Part shown: one piece after another, positions 17,020-25,840 of the stretch | Layout: each line of letters starts with the position of its first letter | Position numbering within the stretch: position 1 is the first letter of the stretch | NCBI GenBank assembly: GCA_033762295.1 | Contig: JANRLW010000117.1 | Span: 1-51,817 of the forward strand | Reading direction: 5' to 3' | Source: Capsulimonadales bacterium | GTDB lineage: Bacteria; Armatimonadota; Armatimonadia; Armatimonadales; Armatimonadaceae | DNA: 51,817 nucleotides | The notes under the pieces: model-generated | Seen by the model: only the letters and a program-made list of their open reading frames with translations | The model's database searches: none | Told to the model about the DNA's origin: nothing | Translations under genes and position numbers: made by a program

Positions 17020-18117
17020 TTACGGTACCTTTCCCGCATCGGTCATATCGATCGTCAATGGCTGAATATCCTCGGGAATGAACGCCCGATCGACGAGCTC
17101 CTTCATGACCACCGGTCTTTCCAGGATACCCGCCTCCAATCCCATATCGGCAATCTTCTGCAGTTCCTCGTCGGAGGGCGCGAGCATCCGGTAGGAAACA
17201 CGGTCGGGCGGTTGATTCAGCACGTAACGTACGACGTCCTCCTTCTGCTTGAAGTAGGAGGACGCGACCCTGGCCGCATCGTTCCGATGGTTTTCCGCCC
17301 ATTCCCCGCTTTCAGCGATCCCGCGAACGAGATCCCGTACGACCTCCGGTCGCTCCCGGATAAGGTCGTCCTTCACGACCAGGACGCAGGAGATAAACTG
17401 GGGCCAGATATCCTTGGCGTGGTAGAGGACCCGTCCCGTCCCGTCGAGTTCCGCCCGTGCCGCATGCGGTTCCCCGACGAAGTAGGCATCGATGGCCCGT
17501 GAGGCGAGCGCTCCCGGCATATCCGGAGGAGGCATCTCCACGAACCGGATCTCCTCCGGTTTCACTCCCTGATCCTGCATCAGTTTGCGGACGACGAGAT
17601 ACTGGTTACTATATTTGCTGGGAATCGCGAATGTCTTTCCGCGGAGGTCGCTCAGGCGCTTCACGGGGGAGTTTTTCGCCACCATCACGGTGGAGCCATC
17701 CCGGTGACCCAGATAGCAGATACGAACGGGAATACCCTGCTCTTTCAGCTTCATGGCCAGAGGGGCGATCATGAAGGTGGCCTGAAGACGCCCTGCCTTC
17801 ATCGTCTCCACCATGGTCGGAAAGTCGGTAAACCGCTGGGACACGAAATGGGTGCCCGAGGTCGTCGTGCGGCTGGCGAAGTCGGTGACGGGGCAGGTGA
17901 GGTGGCAGGTCACGGGCAAAAAACCGACCGTCAACTCAGGCCGCGCATCGTTCGCCGCCTTCGGCAGAGACACCGTTCCCGGACGCGTCCCATCCGCTTC
18001 GACGGCATTGGACACGTTTCCGCGCCGTGAGTTCCATGGCTCGTAGCGCAGAAGACCGAGGACCGTCATGCCGGCGACGATTCCCAGCGTCATGCGAAGG
18101 ACCGATGAGTGAAACAT
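17020..18117 (-). CDS. ABC transporter substrate-binding protein, NitT/TauT (NrtA/CmpA/SsuA-like) family
   Basis: N-terminal anchor; LTVGFLPVTCHLTCPV, LRGKTFAIPSKYSNQY, MPPPDMPGALASRAIDAYFVGEP. Confidence 0.88.
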   Translation of the reverse strand: MFHSSVLRMTLGIVAGMTVLGLLRYEPWNSRRGNVSNAVEADGTRPGTVSLPKAANDARPELTVGFLPVTCHLTCPVTDFASRTTTSGTHFVSQRFTDFPTMVETMKAGRLQATFMIAPLAMKLKEQGIPVRICYLGHRDGSTVMVAKNSPVKRLSDLRGKTFAIPSKYSNQYLVVRKLMQDQGVKPEEIRFVEMPPPDMPGALASRAIDAYFVGEPHAARAELDGTGRVLYHAKDIWPQFISCVLVVKDDLIRERPEVVRDLVRGIAESGEWAENHRNDAARVASSYFKQKEDVVRYVLNQPPDRVSYRMLAPSDEELQKIADMGLEAGILERPVVMKELVDRAFIPEDIQPLTIDMTDAGKVP

Positions 18118-18257
18118 GTGGGCAAACGTTGCCTTTCCGGGACGGCGGGTTTCTGTCAGTATAACCCGCCCACCGAACCGGTGCCGGAAACGCCCGCCGA
18201 AAATCCCTGTCCTCGCCCGTCAAGAGGGCGCGTTCCCCCATGGTACAATGGTGCGCC

Positions 18258-19325
18258 ATGACGGTTCCTCCCTCCACGGTGGTTCTTATTTCCTGCGACG
18301 AGGATTCGCAGCCGTTCGCGGAAGCGGAACTACGGACCCTCTTTTCCGGCCTGTCGCCGATCGACTGGCTGACCGGCAACCCGGACGAAAACTCCGGCGT
18401 CGGACGACTCGTCGTCCCGCTCTCATTCCCGGAGTTCGCCGCGAAAGTCGAAGCCTCCGGTAGCGTTTTCCTGCGGCACTTCGCGCCGGTCATGGCCGAA
18501 GTTCCGCTATCGGACGATGACTCCGACCTTCCCCGCCTGGAGGAGGCCGCACGGTCTCTAACCCCGTTCGTCGAGGCCACGGAAACCCTCAGCGTTCAGG
18601 CCCGTCTCCTCGGCGATACCTTCCGGCCGTTCAGTCGAACGGAGTTGAACGGCGCTCTGTTTTCGGTGATTGAGGCCGCGACCGGCGTCGTACTGGACGC
18701 CCGCGAACCGGTACAAACGCTTTCGGTCGTTTGCGCCCGGGATCGGGCCTTCCTCGGCGTTTCCCGAACGGCGGACAATCGTAGCCCGTGGCCGGGCGGA
18801 CAGATGCGTTTCAAGCGGGAGGACGGGCAGATCAGTCGTGCGGAGTTCAAACTCATGGAAGCGATCCGTGTCTTCGACCTGACCGTGCCGGACCGGGGTT
18901 CGGCACTCGATATCGGAGCCGCGCCGGGCGGGTGGACCAACGTCCTTCGACGATTCGGTCTGCGAGTGATCGCCGTCGATCCGGCGGAACTGCACGAGTC
19001 CCTGCGCCACGATCGCCGGATCGTTCACGTTCGAGAACGGATTCAGCGTTACCGGCCCTCGGAGGCGTTCGAGGTCATCGTCAATGATCTGAAGATGGAT
19101 GCGCGGGATTCGACGGACATCATGCTGTCCGTACGCCGATTTTTGAAACCGGGCGGTTTCGCCGTCATGACGCTGAAACTGCCGAAAACCGTTCCGTCCC
19201 CGCGCGCGATGCGGGAATTCGTGCAGGACGACCTGCGCCGGCTCCGATCCGGGTATGGCGTGATCGGAGCGCGGCAGCTGTTCCACAACCGGAGCGAAAT
19301 CACCGTCGCCCTGACATCGGACTAA
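18258..19325 (+). CDS. SAM-dependent RNA 2'-O-methyltransferase (RlmM/FtsJ-like with THUMP-like N-terminus)
   Basis: ISRAEFKLMEA, ALDIGAAPGGWT, VIAVDPA, NDLKMD, MTLKL, RQLFHNRSEIT. Start taken at MTVPP. Confidence 0.85.
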   Translation: MTVPPSTVVLISCDEDSQPFAEAELRTLFSGLSPIDWLTGNPDENSGVGRLVVPLSFPEFAAKVEASGSVFLRHFAPVMAEVPLSDDDSDLPRLEEAARSLTPFVEATETLSVQARLLGDTFRPFSRTELNGALFSVIEAATGVVLDAREPVQTLSVVCARDRAFLGVSRTADNRSPWPGGQMRFKREDGQISRAEFKLMEAIRVFDLTVPDRGSALDIGAAPGGWTNVLRRFGLRVIAVDPAELHESLRHDRRIVHVRERIQRYRPSEAFEVIVNDLKMDARDSTDIMLSVRRFLKPGGFAVMTLKLPKTVPSPRAMREFVQDDLRRLRSGYGVIGARQLFHNRSEITVALTSD

Positions 19326-19335
19326 GAAGTCGGAC

Positions 19336-21327
19336 TCAGTCCTTTTTCAGGACGATGAATTCGTCGGCGGTCTTCATGTAGGCATCGTAATATTTGCGAA
19401 CGTCGGCATACCGCCCCGGAGGCACTTCGGCGGCGTAGTTCTCCCCCCGGATCACCACCCGAAGGATCTTGCCGTCGCGGGTGACATCACGCTCGTATCG
19501 GCCCAGGTCGCTTCGGATGTTCGCCGGTCGGGGCAGGGCGATCGGAGAATATCCGTCGGGCAGCGTCAGTTCCAGAGTCGCCGTCGCCGCGCCGGGCGTC
19601 GTCTGTACGACCGGGGTCCGGCGAAAGTCCTCGGTGAACGGGGAGGAAACGCTGCCGCCGGTCTGATCCGGGCGGGCGCGGAACAGCAGAAGATCCCCCG
19701 ATTGATTCGCATAGGAGGGGAACATGACGTTCATTTCGATCCGCGTCGGGCGGTCCATATCGCGGTAATCGGAGACCTGGAACGAGGTCACCTTCGGGTT
19801 CGCGCCGAACTGCCGGGCGTAATCCTCCATGATCAGTCGTTGTTTGTCCTTCGGAAAATCGCGTAGCAACGTCCGGAGTTCGATATCGCCGTCTCCGCGG
19901 TTCAGGATGGTAATCGTTCCCTTTGCCGACCCGTCCGGGGAAAGGGTCAGGGCGACGGTCCTTTCGGCGCGTATCTCCTCCGGGTCGCCCAGGGGAATGG
20001 TCTCCCAGACGCCCTTTCCGTCTTCCCGCACGACCAGCGCCTCGCAGCCGCGATCGACCATCGGTATCGAGCCGAACGGACAGGCGACCGCCGTGCCGTC
20101 CAGCCAGTACTTCTTCCCGTTGATTTCGGCCAGGCAGACCGCGTGGTTCATCGCGCTCGGAGACGGCAACAGTTCGCTGCGTCGGTCCTTGGAATCCATT
20201 GCCAGAAGCGCCGGATAGGCCGTAATCCCCGCTTCCCGCAGCATGGCGACCATCAGAGTCGTCATGTCCTTGCAGTCGCCGAACTGATCGGCCAGCGTCC
20301 GTGCCGCGGGTCGTGGCTGGTACGCGGACTGACCGAGAGCGATCGACACATACCGTGTTTTCTCCTCGACGTAATGATAAATCGCCTTGGCCTTTTCCTC
20401 GGGGGTTGTCTTTCCGGCGATCAGTTCCCGTGTTTTGGCCTTGACCTGCGGGTCGGCGACCATCCGATCTTTCGCCAGCGAGTGGTACCAGGACGCCAGC
20501 GCCTGCCAGTCCGGAAGCGTGGAGAGGTCCAGTTTGGGGTACAGACGTTCCAGAGGCGGCATCATCGGCTCGGTTTCCAGCGCCGGAAGGTTGTTGTCCT
20601 CCCAGATAAATTGCTTCGACTTCCCGTTGTTCACCTCGCGTACCACCGGTTGAACCGTCGCGTTCGCCAGTCGTTGATGCAGGGTCAGAGTTTTCGGCAC
20701 CGTGACGGACAGGCGGGTTTTCACGACCGGGTTAAAACTGCTCTGGAAGTACCACGGCTGCCAGAAATGCCCCGGCATGATCGAGTTGTTCCGAATCGTC
20801 TCGTACTCGTAATCGATGATGCAGTCATCGTCCACGGCCGGCAACGAGAATGAGCGGATAGCGAAATCCTCATAATCCGACGGGCGACTATCGCGAATCT
20901 CCTCCGGTCGCACCTCGACGACGGTTCCGTCCGGTCGAATCGTCCGGGCACGACGAATGCGGATCGTTTCGTAAGTCGAGTTGTAACCGATTTTGACTTC
21001 GGCTTCCTCATCCCGTCCGCGCTTGTTGAATATCTTCCGGGTGACCCGTGTGACACTGCGGACCGCGCCGTTGGGTTTTACCTCGATGTCCATCAGGTCC
21101 AGCAGAAAGGCGGACGACGCATTGGGGTAATCGGCGGCGTTCGGCGCCGTCCGCAAAAGCAGTTTGATCTCCTCCGGGCTTCCGGGCGTAACGCTCGGGA
21201 AAGCGACCGTTCCGACCAATACCGGTGCGGGCGGCGTATCCGCCCATAACCTCACCGGCGAGAAAACAAGGGCTCCCGACAGCGCGAGAACGAGGCAACT
21301 GGTGGTGATGTTCCTGTACAAACTCAT
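19336..21327 (-). CDS. DUF3857 + transglutaminase-like domain exported protein
   Basis: Signal peptide; TRYVSIALG..YQPRPA..TL...FGDCKD, MNHAV, YWLDGT (Cys-His-Asp triad). Confidence 0.88.
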   Translation of the reverse strand: MSLYRNITTSCLVLALSGALVFSPVRLWADTPPAPVLVGTVAFPSVTPGSPEEIKLLLRTAPNAADYPNASSAFLLDLMDIEVKPNGAVRSVTRVTRKIFNKRGRDEEAEVKIGYNSTYETIRIRRARTIRPDGTVVEVRPEEIRDSRPSDYEDFAIRSFSLPAVDDDCIIDYEYETIRNNSIMPGHFWQPWYFQSSFNPVVKTRLSVTVPKTLTLHQRLANATVQPVVREVNNGKSKQFIWEDNNLPALETEPMMPPLERLYPKLDLSTLPDWQALASWYHSLAKDRMVADPQVKAKTRELIAGKTTPEEKAKAIYHYVEEKTRYVSIALGQSAYQPRPAARTLADQFGDCKDMTTLMVAMLREAGITAYPALLAMDSKDRRSELLPSPSAMNHAVCLAEINGKKYWLDGTAVACPFGSIPMVDRGCEALVVREDGKGVWETIPLGDPEEIRAERTVALTLSPDGSAKGTITILNRGDGDIELRTLLRDFPKDKQRLIMEDYARQFGANPKVTSFQVSDYRDMDRPTRIEMNVMFPSYANQSGDLLLFRARPDQTGGSVSSPFTEDFRRTPVVQTTPGAATATLELTLPDGYSPIALPRPANIRSDLGRYERDVTRDGKILRVVIRGENYAAEVPPGRYADVRKYYDAYMKTADEFIVLKKD

Positions 21328-21443
21328 ATTTTCGACGGTTTCCCGGCCTTTCGGTCTGATGTCGTTCACAACAACGGTTGACAGTGGGAGTCGTCCGCGA
21401 TTCCCCGGCTTCACCCGCAGGCAGTATCGGTCGGCCTCCGGCG

Positions 21444-22703
21444 TCAGGGATAGATCCCCTGAAGTCGAACCGCTTCCGCCACCCGGCTGACACCCACGAT
21501 ATAGGCCGCCGTCCGCAGGTCACACTGGTACCGCTTCGCGGCCTCCCGAACCTGGGCGAAAGCCCGTACCATGATCTGCTCCAGTTTGGAGGTGACTTCG
21601 CTCTCGGTCCAGGAAAACGCCTGCAGTCCCTGCACCCATTCGAAGTACGATACGGTGACGCCGCCGGCGTTCGCCACCACATCGGGTATGACGGAGATTC
21701 CCCGATCCCGCAAAAGGATATCGGCCTGCGGGGTTGTGGGGCCGTTCGCGCCCTCCACGATATACCGGGCGCGCACCTGGGATGCGTTCCGAACCGTGAT
21801 CTGATTTTGCAGGGCGGCCGGCACCAGAACATCGCAGTCGACGACCAGCAGGTCTTCGTTGGAGATCGGTTCGGACTCCGGAAAACCCACCACCGAACCG
21901 GTCGCCGTCGCATGGGCTTTCAACTTCCACAGATCCAACCCGCGCGGATGGTGGATTCCGCCACGAATATCCGAGACGGCGACGATTCGCGCCCCCGATC
22001 GGTAGAACAGGTCCGCCGCCGCGAACCCGACATTTCCGAAGCCCTGGATGGCGATCCGCGTATCGGGCAACTGCTTCCCGTCGGCGAGCAACGCCTCCCG
22101 GGTCACGGTGACGACACCGCGCCCGGTCGCGTCCACCCGCCCTTCGGACCCGCCCAGCGCGATCGGCTTTCCGGTGACCACCGCAGCGACCGTGTGGCCG
22201 ATCTGCTGTGAGTACGTATCCAGAATCCAGGCCATCACCTGGGCGTTCGTTCCCATATCCGGGGCCGGAATGTCCTTCTCCGGACCCAGAAGCACCGAAA
22301 TCTCCGAGGTATAACGCCGGGTCAGCCGCTCCAGTTCGCCCGGACTGAGTTTGGTCGGATCGCAGACGACCCCGCCCTTCGCCCCGCCGTACGGAATGTT
22401 GACGACCGCGCATTTCACAGTCATCCAGAAGGCGAGCGCCCGCACCTCGTCCAGGTCGGTGTCCGGATGGTAGCGGATTCCGCCCTTCGCCGGGCCGCGC
22501 GATAGATTGTGATGTACCCGATAACCGGTGAAGATACGAACGCTTCCATCATCCATTTGAACGGGAAAGTGGACGGTCAATTCCCGTTTCGGGTAGCGGA
22601 GCATCGCGTGGATTCGGGGGTCGAGCCCCAGTTTGTCGGCGACGATGGACAGTTGTTGTCGAGCGATGTCGAAACTGTTGGTCGATTCGTTGGTTTCAAT
22701 CAT
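21444..22703 (-). CDS. gdhA: Glu/Leu/Phe/Val dehydrogenase (glutamate dehydrogenase)
   Basis: GPAKGGIRYHP, GGAKGG, DIPAPDMGT, VTGKP..LGGS, IQGFGNVG, ANAGGVTVSYFEW. Start taken at MIETN. Confidence 0.93.
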   Translation of the reverse strand: MIETNESTNSFDIARQQLSIVADKLGLDPRIHAMLRYPKRELTVHFPVQMDDGSVRIFTGYRVHHNLSRGPAKGGIRYHPDTDLDEVRALAFWMTVKCAVVNIPYGGAKGGVVCDPTKLSPGELERLTRRYTSEISVLLGPEKDIPAPDMGTNAQVMAWILDTYSQQIGHTVAAVVTGKPIALGGSEGRVDATGRGVVTVTREALLADGKQLPDTRIAIQGFGNVGFAAADLFYRSGARIVAVSDIRGGIHHPRGLDLWKLKAHATATGSVVGFPESEPISNEDLLVVDCDVLVPAALQNQITVRNASQVRARYIVEGANGPTTPQADILLRDRGISVIPDVVANAGGVTVSYFEWVQGLQAFSWTESEVTSKLEQIMVRAFAQVREAAKRYQCDLRTAAYIVGVSRVAEAVRLQGIYP

Positions 22704-22847
22704 TTTGTTTTTCGGACACTTCCCTGTGCCATGTTTTTCGGTCGAATGCGTTACGGACACGAACCTCAGCGACACGATGTCGCCGGAACCCTCCGGAAGG
22801 ACTGTCGGCAGTGATTGTCCAATGATACGCCGGAATTGCAGACCGTT

Positions 22848-24440
22848 ATGGAACCTTCACGCTTGCCCGCGATCCGGACCGTTCTATCTATTCTGACGCT
22901 TTTTTCGGCGTTTTTGTCCCCGGTTCTGGTCGGTGACGCTTTCGGGCAAAACCGCTTCTCCGGACGGGTCGTCGCCATCGAGAGCGGAGATACCCTCCGT
23001 GTTCGTCTCGATGCTTTCGAGATGACGGTTCGTCTTCACGGTGTGGAGTGTCCCGTCGAACCGGAGAGTCTGCGGGACCGGGCGCGGCAATATGCGGCCC
23101 GTCGGGTCGGCGAAACGGAGGTTCGGGTCGTCGTCCGGGGTACGGCGGCCCGCCAGACCGTTTACGCCGATGTCTTCCCGGCGAGCGGCGAAAGCCTCAA
23201 CGTCGAAATGATTCGTGTCGGTCTGGCCGCCTGGGCCGAGCGATACGCCCCGCAGCGTCAGGACCTGGCGGCGGCGCAGGCCGAAGCGCAGACTGCCCGC
23301 CGCGGTATGCACGGAGACCCGACCGGCGCGAATGTTCCTCTTCCGGCCCGACCGTCCGAGGTCCGGCGACCAACCTCCGCTCCGTCCGTCAGGACACCTT
23401 CCCGTCGGGTAACCACCCCGCTTCGAACCCCCACCCCCGTAACCTCCCCGTCCGTCCGCCTGATCCGTCCTGCCGTCGCCCCGGTCCCCACGGCGACGCA
23501 ACGCTCCGGGTCCGGTCCCTCTCCCGTCGGCCTTTTCATCGCGCTACTGCCCCTCGCGCTTTGCGCGATTACGACCGTTCTGTTCCTGACCACCGGAAAA
23601 CGAACGGCAGCGTTGCCCGCGCAAATCGCCGTGGCTGTCGCCGTCACTGCCGGAGTGACGCTTCTCTTGCCTCTGCCGCTCCTTCTCCTCCTGGGAAAGG
23701 TTCGAGCGGAACCCTCCGTTCTCCTGAGCGCGATTCTGTCGCCTTCGATCCTGCTCTGCCTGTTCGCCGCCTTCCGCCTGCAGTACCGGGAACAGATCCT
23801 TCGTGCGGTTCCGCACCGGAAGATCGCGGATTTACCGGACGAAGGATTGGTACGAACTGCCGGGCGTACCTCCCTGATCGGTGCGCCGGCCATCAGTCGA
23901 ATCGGGCGAATCCCCGGAATCTACCTTCGCGAACAAACCTTTCGTTACGAGCCGATCTCCGAACGTCCGAAAGCCGGGTATCACTGGGTGCCGCTACATG
24001 AGGAAACGCAGGCGGCGGATTTCCTTCTGACGGATGAAACCGGGACGATTCGCGTCGACGGCCCGCGAGCGACCTATCTCCCTTTGCGCGTCGCTCGCTT
24101 CTATAACGAGCTTCCGGTCGAAAAATTTTTCGCGGAAGCCTATAGCGGTGACCTTCGGACGGAGATTCTGTTTCTTCCGGCGGCGGCCAATGTGACCGTC
24201 TGGGGCCGTATGTACAGGACAGCGTCCCCTTTCCCCGGTGCCGCAGAGCGCAGGTTAGGGTTTGACCCCCTACACGAAACCTTGATCGTGGTTGAGGAAA
24301 ACCCTGCCAGAGCTTTCACGCGCAGACCGATCTTCAGCCTGTTTCTGACTCTGGTAGCCGTTTTCCAGTTCCTCGCCCTTCTCATCTGCCTGACCTCGCC
24401 CGAAACGATCGCCGGTTGGCTGAGGATGGTCCGCTCATGA
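22848..24440 (+). CDS. Exported thermonuclease (SNase)-like domain + Pro/Thr linker + TM helices + GIDE-like domain membrane protein
   Basis: GRVVAIESGDTL...VRLHGVECP...SLNVEMIRVGLA...AQTARRGM (SNase-like); three TM helices; W..LHEETQAADFLLTDETGTIRVDG...TEILFLP...VTVWG (GIDE-like); C-terminal TM. Confidence 0.75.
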   Translation: MEPSRLPAIRTVLSILTLFSAFLSPVLVGDAFGQNRFSGRVVAIESGDTLRVRLDAFEMTVRLHGVECPVEPESLRDRARQYAARRVGETEVRVVVRGTAARQTVYADVFPASGESLNVEMIRVGLAAWAERYAPQRQDLAAAQAEAQTARRGMHGDPTGANVPLPARPSEVRRPTSAPSVRTPSRRVTTPLRTPTPVTSPSVRLIRPAVAPVPTATQRSGSGPSPVGLFIALLPLALCAITTVLFLTTGKRTAALPAQIAVAVAVTAGVTLLLPLPLLLLLGKVRAEPSVLLSAILSPSILLCLFAAFRLQYREQILRAVPHRKIADLPDEGLVRTAGRTSLIGAPAISRIGRIPGIYLREQTFRYEPISERPKAGYHWVPLHEETQAADFLLTDETGTIRVDGPRATYLPLRVARFYNELPVEKFFAEAYSGDLRTEILFLPAAANVTVWGRMYRTASPFPGAAERRLGFDPLHETLIVVEENPARAFTRRPIFSLFLTLVAVFQFLALLICLTSPETIAGWLRMVRS

Positions 24441-24970
24441 ACCTGCCCTCTCCTCAGATCGCGATCGCGCTTTTCTTCCTGGGAGGCGGCCTTTTGTATT
24501 CCGTCGCACGGGCCATCGCGCGGACGCACCGCTTCCATCGAAACGTGGAACATGCCTGGAAGGAGGTCTGCCTCCTCCTGGATCATCGTTCGGAACAACT
24601 GCGCCGTTTGATCCTTTCCGCGCACGGCGTCGCCGATTTCGCCCCGGACATTGAGGAGATGGCGGCGGCCCTCGGCGGGAACGACGGGGAGGACGCCGAC
24701 CGCACCGGGAAAGAGCAGACGATCAGTCGGATTCTGGCACGGATGGCGGCTCGAATGGAAACGAAAACCGGGAGAAAGGATGGGTCGGCGACCGGGTTAG
24801 CCGATCGGGTCGTGATTCTTCTCGATGAGGAAATCGCTCTGGCTGCCGCCCGCGAACACTACAACGAGATCGCTTCCGCCTGGAATACCTACCGTCGCCC
24901 GTTCCCTGCGGGCCTGCTTGCGCGGGCGCTTGGCTACGGTCCCGCCCCGACCTTTCCGTCAATCCCGTAA
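24437..24970 (+). CDS. lemA: LemA family protein
   Basis: N-terminal TM; NVEHAWKEV..LL..R.E; LDEEIALAAAREHYNEIA..WN..RRPFPA.LLA..LG; ATGA overlap with the upstream gene. Confidence 0.8.
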   Translation: MNLPSPQIAIALFFLGGGLLYSVARAIARTHRFHRNVEHAWKEVCLLLDHRSEQLRRLILSAHGVADFAPDIEEMAAALGGNDGEDADRTGKEQTISRILARMAARMETKTGRKDGSATGLADRVVILLDEEIALAAAREHYNEIASAWNTYRRPFPAGLLARALGYGPAPTFPSIP

Positions 24971-25031
24971 TCGGCGGCAGGAATACCATGGTGCTCCCGA
25001 CGAAGGTTAGCGCAAAGGAGTGTTAACGATA

Positions 25032-25790
25032 ATGACGGATACGGAAAAGTACCTGTTCGATCTCAACGGCTATCTCGCGTTGCCGGAGGTTCTGACACGG
25101 AATGAACTGGATGCGCTGAATTCGCTTCTGGACGAGCGAATCGCGGCGGAGCGAGAGCCGGAAGAGACGAGCTTTCGGTTTCGGGATATCCTGACCTGGG
25201 GACGGCCCTATCGCGATCTGCTGGCACATCCCCGGGTTCTTCCGTATCTGCACGCACTGGTCGGGGAACGCTGTCGCCTCGACCATGAATATCTCGATGT
25301 CATCCGTCAGGGGTTAGGCCCGATTGGCGCGCATCTGCATGGCGGCGGCGCACCCCATGATCCGTCCCAGTACTACCGGGTCGTCGACGGTCGGATGTAT
25401 AACGGACTGATCGTCGCCGTGTTCGCCCTGAAGGATGTCCGCCCCGGAGACGGTGGTTTCGCCTGTATCCCCGGTAGCCACAAGGCGAATTTCCCGCTTC
25501 CGGCCGGATGGGGGGACATGACCGGCGAACTCGCGCCCGGTGTCACACCGATTTCGTGTCCTGCCGGCTCGGTCATTCTTTTTACCGAGGCGTTGACCCA
25601 TGGCACCCTGCCCTGGCGTGGAACCGAGGAGCGACGATCGGTCTTTCTGAAATACTCGCCGCATTTCATGGCGTGGAGTACCCTGCGGTACGATCCGACG
25701 GCCTACCCGGACCTCAGCCTTGCCGCTCGCCGTATGCTCGAAGGGCCGAACTCGCGCTACCGGGGTCGTCCGGGCGCGGTCGAGGAGTAA
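25032..25790 (+). CDS. Phytanoyl-CoA dioxygenase (PhyH) family Fe(II)/2OG oxygenase
   Basis: EKYLFDLNGYL, LHGG, DGGFACIPGSHK, AGSVILFTEALTHGT. Confidence 0.9.
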   Translation: MTDTEKYLFDLNGYLALPEVLTRNELDALNSLLDERIAAEREPEETSFRFRDILTWGRPYRDLLAHPRVLPYLHALVGERCRLDHEYLDVIRQGLGPIGAHLHGGGAPHDPSQYYRVVDGRMYNGLIVAVFALKDVRPGDGGFACIPGSHKANFPLPAGWGDMTGELAPGVTPISCPAGSVILFTEALTHGTLPWRGTEERRSVFLKYSPHFMAWSTLRYDPTAYPDLSLAARRMLEGPNSRYRGRPGAVEE

Positions 25791-25799
25791 AAGATCGTC

Positions 25800-25825
25800 A
25801 CGGGGAGCGGACCTCCGCTCCCCGT
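25800..25825. terminator. Hairpin between the convergent phyH-like and mcrB-like genes
   Basis: ACGGGGAGCGG-ACCT-CCGCTCCCCGT perfect 11-bp stem. Confidence 0.7.
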
Positions 25826-25840
25826 AGCGATCAAACCCGT

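Noticed and set aside
16418..17302. Two separate small ORFs or a nonsense pseudogene
   Set aside because: The stop is a UGA at the catalytic Cys position with a SECIS-like hairpin behind it, so selenocysteine readthrough explains it better. The part of ORF 16712..17302 above 17008 overlaps the binding-protein gene.
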